A stretch of 64,000 nt of DNA from Ascidiella aspersa (lineage: Eukaryota), in assembly GCA_963924565.1 (NCBI GenBank), contig OZ004608.1, forward strand, positions 15,934,001-15,998,000, given 5' to 3'. Made by a program: the position numbers and the translations under genes. The notes under the pieces were generated by a model. The model ran no database searches. It was not told the DNA's origin and saw only the letters and a program-made list of their open reading frames with translations. Position 1 is the stretch's first letter; every line of letters starts with the position of its first letter. Shown here in pieces: positions 40,301-52,300 of the stretch.

Positions 40301-43300
40301 ACTTCGTTTGCAGTTATGTTTAACTTTTAAACAATTATTTTAGGGACAATTATTTTAGTGATGAGAGGAACCTCGATAGTGTCTTGGCCTTTCCTTGAGG
40401 TTTATTTTTACAATTCAGGACAAAGCGCGCGGTCAACGTGTTATCGTAAAAGAAGAGTCGAACAAACAGCGTGGGAGCGATAAGTACAGCGGAGAAGGGG
40501 CCACGCGACGGGCCGTGAACAAACAAGATGGCCGCTGCGTGTTTGAGGTTGACATTTTACGAGTAGCCGACTGACACAGTTTGGCTGGACTCGAGCGCGA
40601 ATCGTACGCACGAGCAGTTGGCAGAAGTGCGCGAATCTAGGGCGGCGGTGTGAGATAGATGGCAATTCCGTCGAGGCCGCCTTCAGCAACGGCAAGGCTG
40701 CAAACCTTAACGATGTGAAACGGCTCGGCGGAGAGATTGATAGAAAAACAATCGCAAGCGCCAGGTATACGTCACGTTATGGCCGCAAATTTGTGCGCTT
40801 GGGTGGCATCGAAGATGTGGTGATTTGAGCACAAAGGATTTCGTGAAGATTTAGCTCAGGTTTACTGTTTTTCATTCGAAGCTATAAAGCAGTTTGGTAG
40901 TAAACGTGATTTCTGTTGTCACGAGCACAGGAAAACCTGCACCTTTTTAGGAGGTTAAACAGCTGCAAATTTCGAAAATCCTGCAGACACCTAAAATTCC
41001 TTGCGTAGTTACAAGTCAAACAGGAGTGGAGGTGGAGATCTTGCGATAAGATTTTAGAACAACAGATACGAGGACGGCCTTCGACCGGTCGAGTATGCAA
41101 AGGGAAAATTGCAGCCGTTTGAAAAAGTAGGATTCTTGGCATTTCAAAGCCGAGCGAAATGATAGCTGCTTCATTATTGTATCGGGTTACAGCGAGGTAT
41201 GCTCAGCAGGCCAGCGTGGCATTTCATGCACTGGCGACGGTGTTCGTTTGTACAATCCGATAAGCGCCCAAACGCAGGTCGGGTTTAGGCGCCGATAAGA
41301 ATGGTAGCCGGGATGGACGAGGTTAATTTAAAGCGTTCGGCCGCCCGAGGCAGCACAATAGTAAAGATTAGAGCGTTTTCGGATGAATCATCGCTCTACT
41401 TCCGGTTTAAAAATCAGAACTACGGTTCATTTTTTAACTTCAATTAAATGTAATAACTGTTCGACAAAAGCGCGTTACATAACAGTTGATCCATCATTGA
41501 TTATTGCTGCATTTTCAGGTGAAGTTAGCGTTTGGCAATTGTAGAATTAAAGCGCACTGCCTCAACCCAAAACCACCAGCAACAGTAGCAGAGTTCGCGT
41601 GTGCGAACCGGCCTTGTATCGAGTTGCAAAGTTAAAAGGACGGGAACGTTAGCCTTGGCAGTGTTGTTGTTTTTGCTGCTTACTGCGCGGGTTTCAGGCC
41701 AGTAATCGGGCGACCCACCGACACCCACACTCATGAGTCCGTCGAGGTTGCGGGCGCGATCGGCACCGGACTACAACATCTTCAAGGAAAACATAAGGTT
41801 TGTTCGACGAGTCCATTCGTTTCGGTATGCATTGCACTTTGAAGTATCTGTGCGGTAAAATAGTTGACGTGTGTCATTTTCTGGGTGAACTATCACGGTG
41901 GCCCCAATTTGAAGTCTGAATGCTTAGCGATGTCTTGGGTGGAGCGCCGAACCGTTTAACACGGACATTACAGTTGGGGTTTAAAGTCTTTGAATGTATA
42001 TGGCACGGTGTTGCGTTCTTTTATTCACTGTCGTCTTTGCGGTCGACCATTTGCTTGCGACGATGCGTGACGCCCGTTCTGGCTTGCCAAAGCATAACGA
42101 CCGTAGCTTTCATACATACGAGGGAATAACAGCGCCCAGTCTTCCTGCCGCAAGTTTATGAACCGGGCGCTGGAAATCGGCTCAAGTCCAGTTTGTCCGT
42201 TTAGCGTTAAACTTCAATAGTTTTCTGTTGCTCGTGAATGTTTTGTCAACAAGTGGCAAAGACGGACCACACGCAGCATGGGGTTGGTGCGTGTCAGGTA
42301 TACAGCACGATCGCCCAGGCGTGTTGGGGTCCCATTCGCACGGCTTTCGGTTGCAATAAAACCGGGGTAGGTCGGCAGCGCCGCGGGCGCTCTCCATTGC
42401 TGCCACTTGAACGAGAAACTCGTGTTTGCTCGACATTTCAAAAGCAAATAGGAGCCAAAGTAGGTCATCGCTCGGGAGCGTGAGCGGCCTCGTATACGTT
42501 GTCCTTTTTGCGCAATTTAATGAGTGTTGACATGCAAACGCACAAATCCGTCCGCGCCTGATGGCACGACGCTCACGTTCAAGTTGGGAATTTGACGGCA
42601 CGGCCGCAATGCAGTCGACCCGCAAGTTTCCGGGTCGCTGTGCGCCAAAAGCGAGCTGACAGGTTCGTCTTTCTGTTTTCGGGCGCAACAGTCGCGACCG
42701 GGGTAAGTGGCAATAGAAAAATGTTAAGCCGCAGTAATTCGACACGATCTGGGGGGATGGGGGCCAGGATCCGAACCGGACCCATAGCACAAACGCCTCA
42801 AGCGAGGGAAATCGTTAAAAGGGTGTTATTATACCGAAAACAAATTCGACGTGATAGTTGTTGGGTTTCTCCATCAAACGTTATTCCTAAAGGTGACGAA
42901 CCGTGCATGCGTATATTTTCCCAAAGTGAAACGAGGCGAAATTCAGGTATAATACGAAAGTTTTCACCGCAGTCACGCTATTTTGTGCACAAATATTGTT
43001 TAAAAACAAAGAATAAAAAACACTTAAGAACAGATGGCAAACCTTCAAGAAATATTTTCGTTGTTTGAGACAAAAAATTGGACTAGAAACCTCAATTCGG
43101 ACGACCAAATGCAAAAAAACACACTTTTATATTGCGCAGGTTCGCCGGCCACATGATGGCCAGTTCGATTGACCTGCTTACCAAGATCAACGACGAGTTC
43201 CTGACCTGTCAGATCTGCTTCGAGACCTACACCAGGCCCAAGAGCCTTAACTGCCAGCACACCTTCTGCCTGGGCTGCCTGGAGGAGTACACGCCACCTA

Positions 43301-46300
43301 ATAGCACTGAGGTGATCTGCCCGACATGCCGCTGCGAACAGCCGCTCACCACTTCGGGAATTCACGGTTTGAAGGTAGGCAATTGTTTTTTTTCTCTTTT
43401 AACTGGACCGTACAGCAAACTTTCTGCGCAATAGCTTCCAATATTGACTGTTTAGGCAATGCGTTATAAACGCGTGTTAAAATTGTCATTAAATGAGCTT
43501 TCAAAAGTGTGAAATTATACCGGGGCCTCGTTAAAACAATAAACTATACACTCTTCTTTGTTATGCACAAACAAACCCACAGTCGACAATTTGCTGCGCC
43601 AAATGGACAATGATTTGCAGAAATAAAATCTCTAGGAGAAAGCAGTTACGGACCAGTTACGGACAGTGTGATCTATATTAAGCACCCCAAGCCACGCCCG
43701 ACCATTTGGTAATTTGACGATTCGCGGTGCGGTTTATAACCTTGTTTCAAGGTAGGTGGTGTCGTAGTAAATAAGTTTTAGTTCCAGAGACAGAACATCT
43801 GAAAATGGGGCGCCGTTGTTGTGTTATGTAAGCAACTTAGAGGTAGACACAGTTTTAACAAAGCCTAAAAAAGTTTGTCGTACAATGAATTGAAGTATTC
43901 ACAGTAGTAGGTAGCATTTTGTGAACGTTTCAGGAAATTTGTTATTTATTTTCTACAAGGTGGAGTAACCACCTTTTTAAAGTATAAGTTCTGCTAATCA
44001 GATTTCGGAGAATACTAGTTTGCGGTTTAGAGTAGGGCAGGAGAAAAATATGACACTGGGTTATTTCCATTTTATACAAACAATCAAACGATTGTATTTG
44101 GCAACAATGCAAACTAATGTTTGGAGAAATGCGAGGGGGTACGCGAGTTTGGCAAGGAAACCCAACATATAATCATTTGTAAGCACCTTTAAAAAACACA
44201 TCAACAGTATGGTTTAAGCTGTAAAGTTTTTTCGCGCATTGGCCTTTCGCGTGAACAAGCTCGCTAAGCGTCTTACTACTGCTAACGAGTCACACTATCA
44301 CGTACGTCCACAGGACAATTTCTTCATCTCGAGCATGTCGGACATGCTGAAGACGGTCAAGGAGATCCGCAGCGAGGACAAGGACGGCGCATCGCTGATG
44401 TGCGACACCTGCGACCACGACAACCGTAAGGCGGCCATCTCGCGCTGCCTCGACTGCACAGACTTCCTTTGCACGGAATGCTCGACCTGGCACATCCGCA
44501 CCAAGCTCACGCGCCACCACAAGATCGTCTCGCTTAGCGAGTTTGAGTCGGGCATCCACAACCAGGAGCTCAAGAGCCGGGCCAAGATCTACTGCATGGT
44601 GAGTGTGCTGGGATTTTTTTGACTGTTTGCGCTAACAGCGGTTTGCTTAAGGGAAAAATCTTTCCCAAGTTTAGCAGTTTCGTGTCAAAGGTGTATTGCG
44701 ATCCTCATTTCGCAGGGGCCATAACAACACTTTTAACAACAAAAAAAAGATTTAAGCCCGGTAAGCAACTATATGCCGAAAACCTATGTGAAATATCATG
44801 TTTAAAATGTACGGAATTTAAAAGTGTCCGAAATTTGTCCACTGCAAGATAAGTACAATGTCCGGTATTTACACTCCAAGCGAATTCAGCTTCATTCGGG
44901 TTTTCTTTGTTTTGTCAAGTGATCCCCAGTGTACGCGAGCCTTAAATCCTTTGCGAAAACGCTGATTGCCACTAAGATAACAGAACGCCGCTGCAGTACA
45001 GCCGTTGACCACAGGCAAAGTTTAAAGTAAATCGCGGGCCTCGAAAGTCAATGAACCACAAAGCGATTTCGACTGCCGCTATGTTTTAAGTAGGCCGTGG
45101 TAAAGGTTTCGGCGGCGTGCCGACGATTAAGGCCCGAACATTCGCCAGCCGATAGTATTTGGGCGCGTACACAACTAAGTGAGCAATTACCCGCATCGCA
45201 TAACGTTTGGTAGCGAGAGCGATCAGTAATGAAATACCCCCGGATAATCCAGGAACAGTCGGTTATCCCCGAGGCGTAAACCGCCTGGAGAAGCACACCT
45301 TAGGATCTGTGTGGCTGGCTGCAAATTACTTGCAAACGTAACCACGGTTTCAGCCGCCACTACAGTGCCAAAAATCCTTAGTTTCCATGTAAACAAATAA
45401 AGGGGTATCAAAATTATGTTTTATATATTGGCATGGAGCGTGAAAATCAAGCCTAGAGGATTAGGTGAAACATTTCAGGTCGAAATTTCAATAATCCATT
45501 GCACACCGACACAGATTTACCTAGATCACTACTTGTTATTAAAATTGTTCCAAAAGTCTCAAAAACTTAATTTCCATTTTTGTTTAGATTCATGACGGTG
45601 AGGTGGCGAAGATCTACTGCCAGTCTTGCCAGTGTCCGATATGCCATGAATGTGTGGAGTGCGGGCACGCGAGGCACAGGAGGTGCTCGCTTAAGGAGGA
45701 AGTGGTCAACCAAGGTCACCAGGTAACAGTCGCTTTTGTTGTGCTGAGTTAGATGACTTACCAAATAATACGGGATACGGTGACGTTTTAATGTCAATAC
45801 ACTGAGAGAACTGCTGGGAAAATGCAAATCGTCTTTGTCCGGCGAAAGATGATAATAGGTTCAATTAAAGTGCATTGTGCAATTAAAGTGCATTGTAATT
45901 GTATTGAGCAAACGGCCGAAGATGTGAGCGTCCGCTATTCATATGAAATGTTAATAGCAAGGAAGGTATATCGAGCTCTGTGCTAAACAACACGCCAAGA
46001 GCCCACACATAAAGTTTTACTAGCTTATAAAACCGCAAACATTGAAATATATTTAGCAACCGCCTACCTTATAACATAAATCAAATCAGCGAGGCAGACC
46101 AACCGTTTGCGCTTGAAAGCCGTGGAAAGATTTACTAGTACACACTTTGACGAATGGCTTCAGCTGAACGAAGATAGGATAATTTCTTCGGGGGCCAGGC
46201 ACTGATGTAGTGTAGATCCCCGACATGTGGACAGGCGGGGGAGGTAAAGTTGCTTATGGAAATGCGCCTTGAAACCGGCCTAATCGCCTCGCGGACGTCT

Positions 46301-49300
46301 AAGTCAAACAGCAAACACCGGTCGTCTATTCAGAGGCTTCGCTAGAACGTGACTAAATCAGGTTTTCGCCCGAGCGTAGTTGAAGTCGTTTGGACTTGAT
46401 GAGGTTTACATAGCATGGGCGGACGGGCGCACAATTGCCAATGGATTGTTGTGATTGCGGCGGGCAAAGGATCATCATCGCGTAGGACTGTTGGAACGCC
46501 CTGCTGCCATAAAGAGTGAATCTGTTGTGATTCCCGAATAACTAAACCGCACACAGACGATCTTAAAAAGCAACGAGACCTTTGAAGTCACTTTCTTCTT
46601 TAGTTTCAAGTATTTTGTCGTCGCGCTTCAAGAAAGGTCTTATACTCGAAATGTGACCTAACGTGATAATATAAAAAAATCACAATAGTGTTTTTAGCTA
46701 CCATTTTTGAAAATAATTTGGATTGAAACCAAAAGCCCCATAAAGCGATTGCCAAAATGATTTTGTCATTTGACAACGGGAGTACTCAATTTGTATTCAG
46801 GTCTATGGGGGATGGCAGTTCATATATTTATTTCAGATTTCTAGTCCAAGTTGTCGTCTATTGTACAACTACTTTTCTCCAGTATACTTGATTGATCCCC
46901 AGGCCAAAAGTCAAACGTTTATTGTTTTTCTTTTAGATCGAAAACCTCCTGAAGACGGCAAAGGAGAAGACGGACGTTCTGCGCAGGATGCAGAGCACAC
47001 TCAAGGACATCAAGGTGGCCAAGAAGAACGACCGCGATCGCGCGCAAGAGGAAGTCGAGAAGACGTGTGAGGTCTTCATCAACGCCATCCACAAGGTAAA
47101 CCAGAGACACTGACGATCTCTAAACTAAATTAGGGAAGCTGTGTCAAATTTTGCACGGCCTTCAAAAGTGTTGTGGATACGAGGTATCACTGCGTCGACA
47201 CCTAATCATTCACTCTTGCGTTTGTAAGTAGCTTGCTGGGATTCGATTGTGAAAACGTGAATAGACCTTTCGCCGGGCTGAACGCTATCTTTAAAGGTAT
47301 TTTCGATCGCCAGTGTTTGCTTCGGCGACAAGGACAACGAGACGTTGTATCCCCTTACGCAATTCAAGTGTTTGCAAAAAGACAATTCGCGGCGGCCTCT
47401 CTTGTGAAGTCAGGCGGCTTAATTGAGTAAACTCCGACTGTATCGCACGGGTAGCAAGCAAACAGCGACGTAACGCAACCAGTTTAATTTGCGCGGCAGA
47501 TAACAACAACGCACCCAGCAGTTTACACAGTCTTGCAGCAAAGCAAGCACAACGAGCTTCTGCTGACAGCCGTTCACGGTTTTCAATGGCGGCCGTGCCG
47601 CGCGATCACGATAAGCCGCGACCCTGCCAGGTGTGCTGTGTACCAAACTCGATGCCTCTTCCGGCTTGCGGACGATTTGCGCTTAGCGGAGCATCGGAGC
47701 CCGCCTATAATTACAACCCAAGCGGCACGGAAACGTTGGATTGACTTTGTTTTTTTTTCAGAAGTCGGCGAATTCGAAGTATTTAAACTGCCCGGTGGAA
47801 AATTCTTTCGGTCCGGCGCGGTGTCAGTGCGCGTTCAGCTCCAAGTGTTTTCCAGCAAAGTCGTGCAATTAGGCGCAATCTTTAAATCGCTTCGTGATCG
47901 AAATAACCGTCAATTAAAATAGCGTACGGATTTTCGTCGGCGCGGATTTAAACCTGCGAAGGTGCGTTGGCCAGCAAACGCCGCTGGTCAAAATACCGAC
48001 AGTTAGAACGACAGACGCACTTCGGTAGCTAGAAGCTTCCGCCCCGGCCGTTCTGTACACTTCAAGTGGCCTAAAAAGTTCCGCTGCTTTCAACCTCCGT
48101 GTGGGAAAGTTGAAAATCGCGCTGACCACAGCACGGCGCGCGGTTAATGAGATTGCCCACAGTAGCTGGCAACAGAGCAAGCAAAACAAGTCTCCCTTAT
48201 TTTCTCATGGGGCGCTCGGGATAGGCCGACATTCCAGAGGGTCAGAGCAACTTCGAACACGTATGATGGCGAACATAATGGGCACTCCCTAAAATATGCC
48301 ACACACAGCAACGAAAACACTGTGAAAGACCAGTCAGTTTCGTTATTTTGTTACGTCAAAGAACGCTTTATTAGGTTTTACTAGGCTTGTCCAGACAACA
48401 AATAGTCATTTTAATGTTCCGCTTGTGTGCGACAGCTACTGTAATCGACCGCAAATCGACGTGTTGGCTACCCGATTCCGCCTTGTTCTAGCAACACACG
48501 GTATTTTGCATACACCTCTGAACTTGATTACAAGATCAAAAAACAGAAATCTAGTTTTTTTAGTTATAAATTATTTTTTTTATGGGCATCACGTAACTCC
48601 ACGATTCCGCCTTGTTCCAGCAACACACAGTATACTGTATACACCGTCGAACTTTGTCAGTTCTGAGCAATCTGACAACGTTTTGTCTTTCGCAGCGGAA
48701 GCAGGAGCTGGTGGACGAACTTCACAACATGCACGCGACAGAGATCAAGCGCATCAACGCCGACGAGGACTCGGTCGAGATGCAGTTCAGCTCGCTGGTT
48801 TCCTGCATGGAGTTCTCGCGAAAGGTCAGCGCGCGCAATAGACCGTCCCCGCGGCAGCCTGATCGAAATTAAGCCGCCAGCTGATACCTGTGACAAGTGC
48901 ACAGCAGTCTTGGTTTACATTCTGTGGGTGGTGGTTGGTCTGTTTATCTGGGAGGAGTAATTAACCACTGTTTTGGGCTTGCTAAAAGTGGAAGCAACGG
49001 TGCGTCTCTATCACTCGTTTAAGCTGGGCTCTTACTACCGGCCACTTGTGAAACTCGCTCGAATGACATATTTGGCTTGATTGAGCTAGGGTATAAGTGG
49101 GGCATAACTCCACGGGCCACCTATATTTCTTCATCGCCTCTCCTAATGTCACCGCAGCGAAGTTTGACGCGTTTTGCGAGTTCAACGAAACAATAGTCCG
49201 GGCGCAATTTTCATTCCCATGACCGATGAAGTTCGCAGCTGGTTTGCGCCGGGTGCCAATTTGGCGCATATTGCCGAAATGGACGTGTGAAAAATGGCCC

Positions 49301-52300
49301 GGAATTTCGGTGTAAATTGCAGTTGTGACCGACGCCAGCAGGTGCTGCGGCTCGTTTCCGACTACGAGCTTTTAAACAACTCACTTGAAGTTTAACCGCA
49401 ATGCACATGATATGGCGCGCTCATTAATAACAGGCCGTCAGACAGGCTCGCAGTGGTTGAGTGAAATGTGAAAACTGATCTGTATTTCCGAAAAGACACA
49501 ATGAAATACAACATAAATGGGTAACAAGCCTTCTCTCAAGTATTCTGCTTAACAATGAAGTAATCAAATCAAAGCAAAAATGTGTAGGAAATTCGATTTA
49601 ACAAGACGTTTGTTCAAGGACTAAATTTTTCAACTTTGAGGGACAAATAAAAACTATAAAGAGCTGTTAATGCCACTACAAACGTCTGGGCCTGTTAATT
49701 TTTTTTTTACTTTTTGTTGAAACTAGCTATGACCTATCTACTTACAAAGTAACAATCTACTTACAATCGTTTCGGATCCAGACATGAAAACAAAGTACAG
49801 GAACTCTTCTCTGTAAATAACATAACTTGGCACCAATCCATGACTTCTCCTGCTTTAACAATTTTTCATAAAAACACCCAACAAAACCACCTCTTATGCA
49901 CTCAGGTCCTAGAGTACGGCACTCCCAAGGAGGTGCTGGGACTCAACAACCAGATGACACAGATCCTCCACCAGCTCCTGGAGGCGCATCCGGCACACGC
50001 CTACCACAAGGCCGAGGAGTCCGACTCAATTAGCTTCGACACGAATGCCGACGCGAGCGTGCGCGTCATCAGGGACAACCTTGGCAAACTAAACACGATC
50101 AAGACCGCCTTCGACGAGCAAGTCAGCAAGGTGAGTGGGCGGCTAGACGCAGTGTAACGTGTTTAGGTGCAGGCTCGAGGTTGCCACTTTTATGAAATGA
50201 ATTGAATGAAAAACAAAGTCCCTTGAAAGAAGGAATATAGGTTTTCAATGACTAAAAATTGGATAATTGAACGTGTTTTGAATATAGGTCAAAAACAAAA
50301 CAGTACAATAACGACAACAACAACAACAATAAAAAATATTTAAAAATTGGTTTTACAGCGGCATTTTCTAAACACATGACATTATCTTGACATGATATAA
50401 ATTTAAAGTCGACAAAGGTTTTGAAAGATTTAAATACCGTGTGGCAAATCTGTCAGGTTAGGACCTTTGAAATTTAGAGGCAGCTTTCATAACATCCATT
50501 ATGTGGTACTAAATTCTAACTTAGATGAATTGCATTCGGTAAACGGTAAATCTATCAATTTTATTAAGTTTGGGCCAAACCTGGTATACACCAAAACACT
50601 GAATTAAAAACAAGTATACAAAAAGAGTCAACTGAGCCAATATAGATATGATCTTTATTTCACCAATGTGTCGTTGATCACACTTGCATCAAACTTCAAG
50701 CTCTGAACCCAATTTCTTCAGTATTTTACAATAGACGTTATTTTTCGATTTATTTTCGCAGATTCTGCGACAACTCGACTCGTTCTGCGTCAGCGATTCC
50801 GCGCTGGTGGTCAAGCAGAACGGCAGGGTTCACTTTCACCGCGAGGAGTCGACCGAGACCAAGCTCGTGCTACAGGTAAGCAACAAAACACACCAGCAGT
50901 AAGGGGCACACACCGCAACTAACCATTGTTCGGCAAAGGGCCTTTGGCGCCGGGGTATTTGTAGCATCAAAGGCGGCACTAGCACGCTCCGTAAACGCGC
51001 GTTTGTAGGCGGGGCCTGCAAAATGCACGCACCAGTAATCGGCTTAGAAAATTTGCTGTTATTTAAGGAAGAAGCATTGAGTCATATATCCGTGGCGCTT
51101 CGGATGATTAGCTCGATTTCCTTGCGTAAACGATTAAATCACGCGCTGCATTTTTTCTTGAAAAAGCAAAACAAAATCGAATTTAGCCGGGAGATAAGCG
51201 TGCGTTTTCGGCGGTTAAATCAAAGTTTTAAAAGTAGATCGCGCGTAATTCCGCAACCGACGTAACCCCGGTTCCGCTAATTTAACATCGGCCTTTGCAC
51301 GCAGCTCGGAAAACAGGGAATCTCTGACGGCGAGTTCGAGTCGACCCCGAATTTGGCGGTGAACTCGGTGAACGAGGTGATCACGGCCGACTTCGACGGT
51401 GCCAAGATCCAAATCTTCGACAAGCAGGGAAACTTCAAGGACTCCTTTGTCACTGAGGTAAGGCGCACTTTAATAGTTTTTAACATGCAGGCAGAATTCT
51501 AAAACTTCTTTCAGTTAAGTGTTTTTAAAATAGGAAGATTTAGGGGCTGCCTTGACTTTTCCTGAATACAGCAATAATTTCCGAACAAAACTAAGAAGTC
51601 AAATCGAAGCTCCAGTCTGGTGCAATAAATACGACCGCAGCTGTTCCCGTGGTACATTGTTTACTTTTCACTTACATGGGCATTTAGCGGGAGTGCGTGT
51701 TGACCAAATACGCGCATTTTGTTTTTGACGAGTGTCAAACCCTTCAGCATTAATGGTGTTGCGGAAACGCCGCAGTAGGTGCATTACGACTGGCGAGAAG
51801 CGGCTCGCCATTTCGGCAGCGCGTCGCATTTGTTGTTGTTGAAAACCAAGAGCGGTCCAAAACAAGGGCGGCTGTAAAGAGCCGAACTCCAGGTGCGGGA
51901 CAAAAATGCGGTTGCAGCGACCAAAGCGGGCCAGGACTCACGCACTAAAGGTTAAACCTGCAGGTCGCGGACGAGAGGCGCGTTAGAGGGCGACGGCGCC
52001 GCGGTCCTGGCCGCTCTCGGTTTACAAAACAACAACCTGCGCAAGTCGGAAAGCCCGCGCAACTCTGGGCTGATAGCGATCGCAAGCGCAGAACAACACG
52101 CGGGGACTTTTTGTTTGCCTTTCCCACATTCGCGCCACCCCTGAACCTCGGGGGGTCATTGTGGGCGCAGCGCGGCATGACAAGGGTGAGTGGCCCGTTG
52201 CCCCCGCCCTGCCCCCCCTTAGCGAACATCACCCAAAATTTTAACAGTAGAAACGTGAGCGTTTTGTTGTTGGATCTCCCGCCGTTTGTATTCGTGAAAA

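Noticed and set aside
17500-43100. Dozens of 60-200 aa six-frame ORFs in the GC-rich islands (e.g. 42182-42790, 38135-38626, 36938-37366)
   Set aside because: They have R/A/S/C-rich compositions, overlap on both strands, mostly start at non-ATG codons, and show no domain signature or consistent splice phases. This is expected by chance in GC-rich non-coding DNA.
31152-45900. Short two-copy direct repeats (31152-31188, 31307-31345, 45862-45897) considered as CRISPR-like or regulatory arrays
   Set aside because: Each has only two copies, there is no spacer series, and the context is eukaryotic. They are ordinary slippage duplications.
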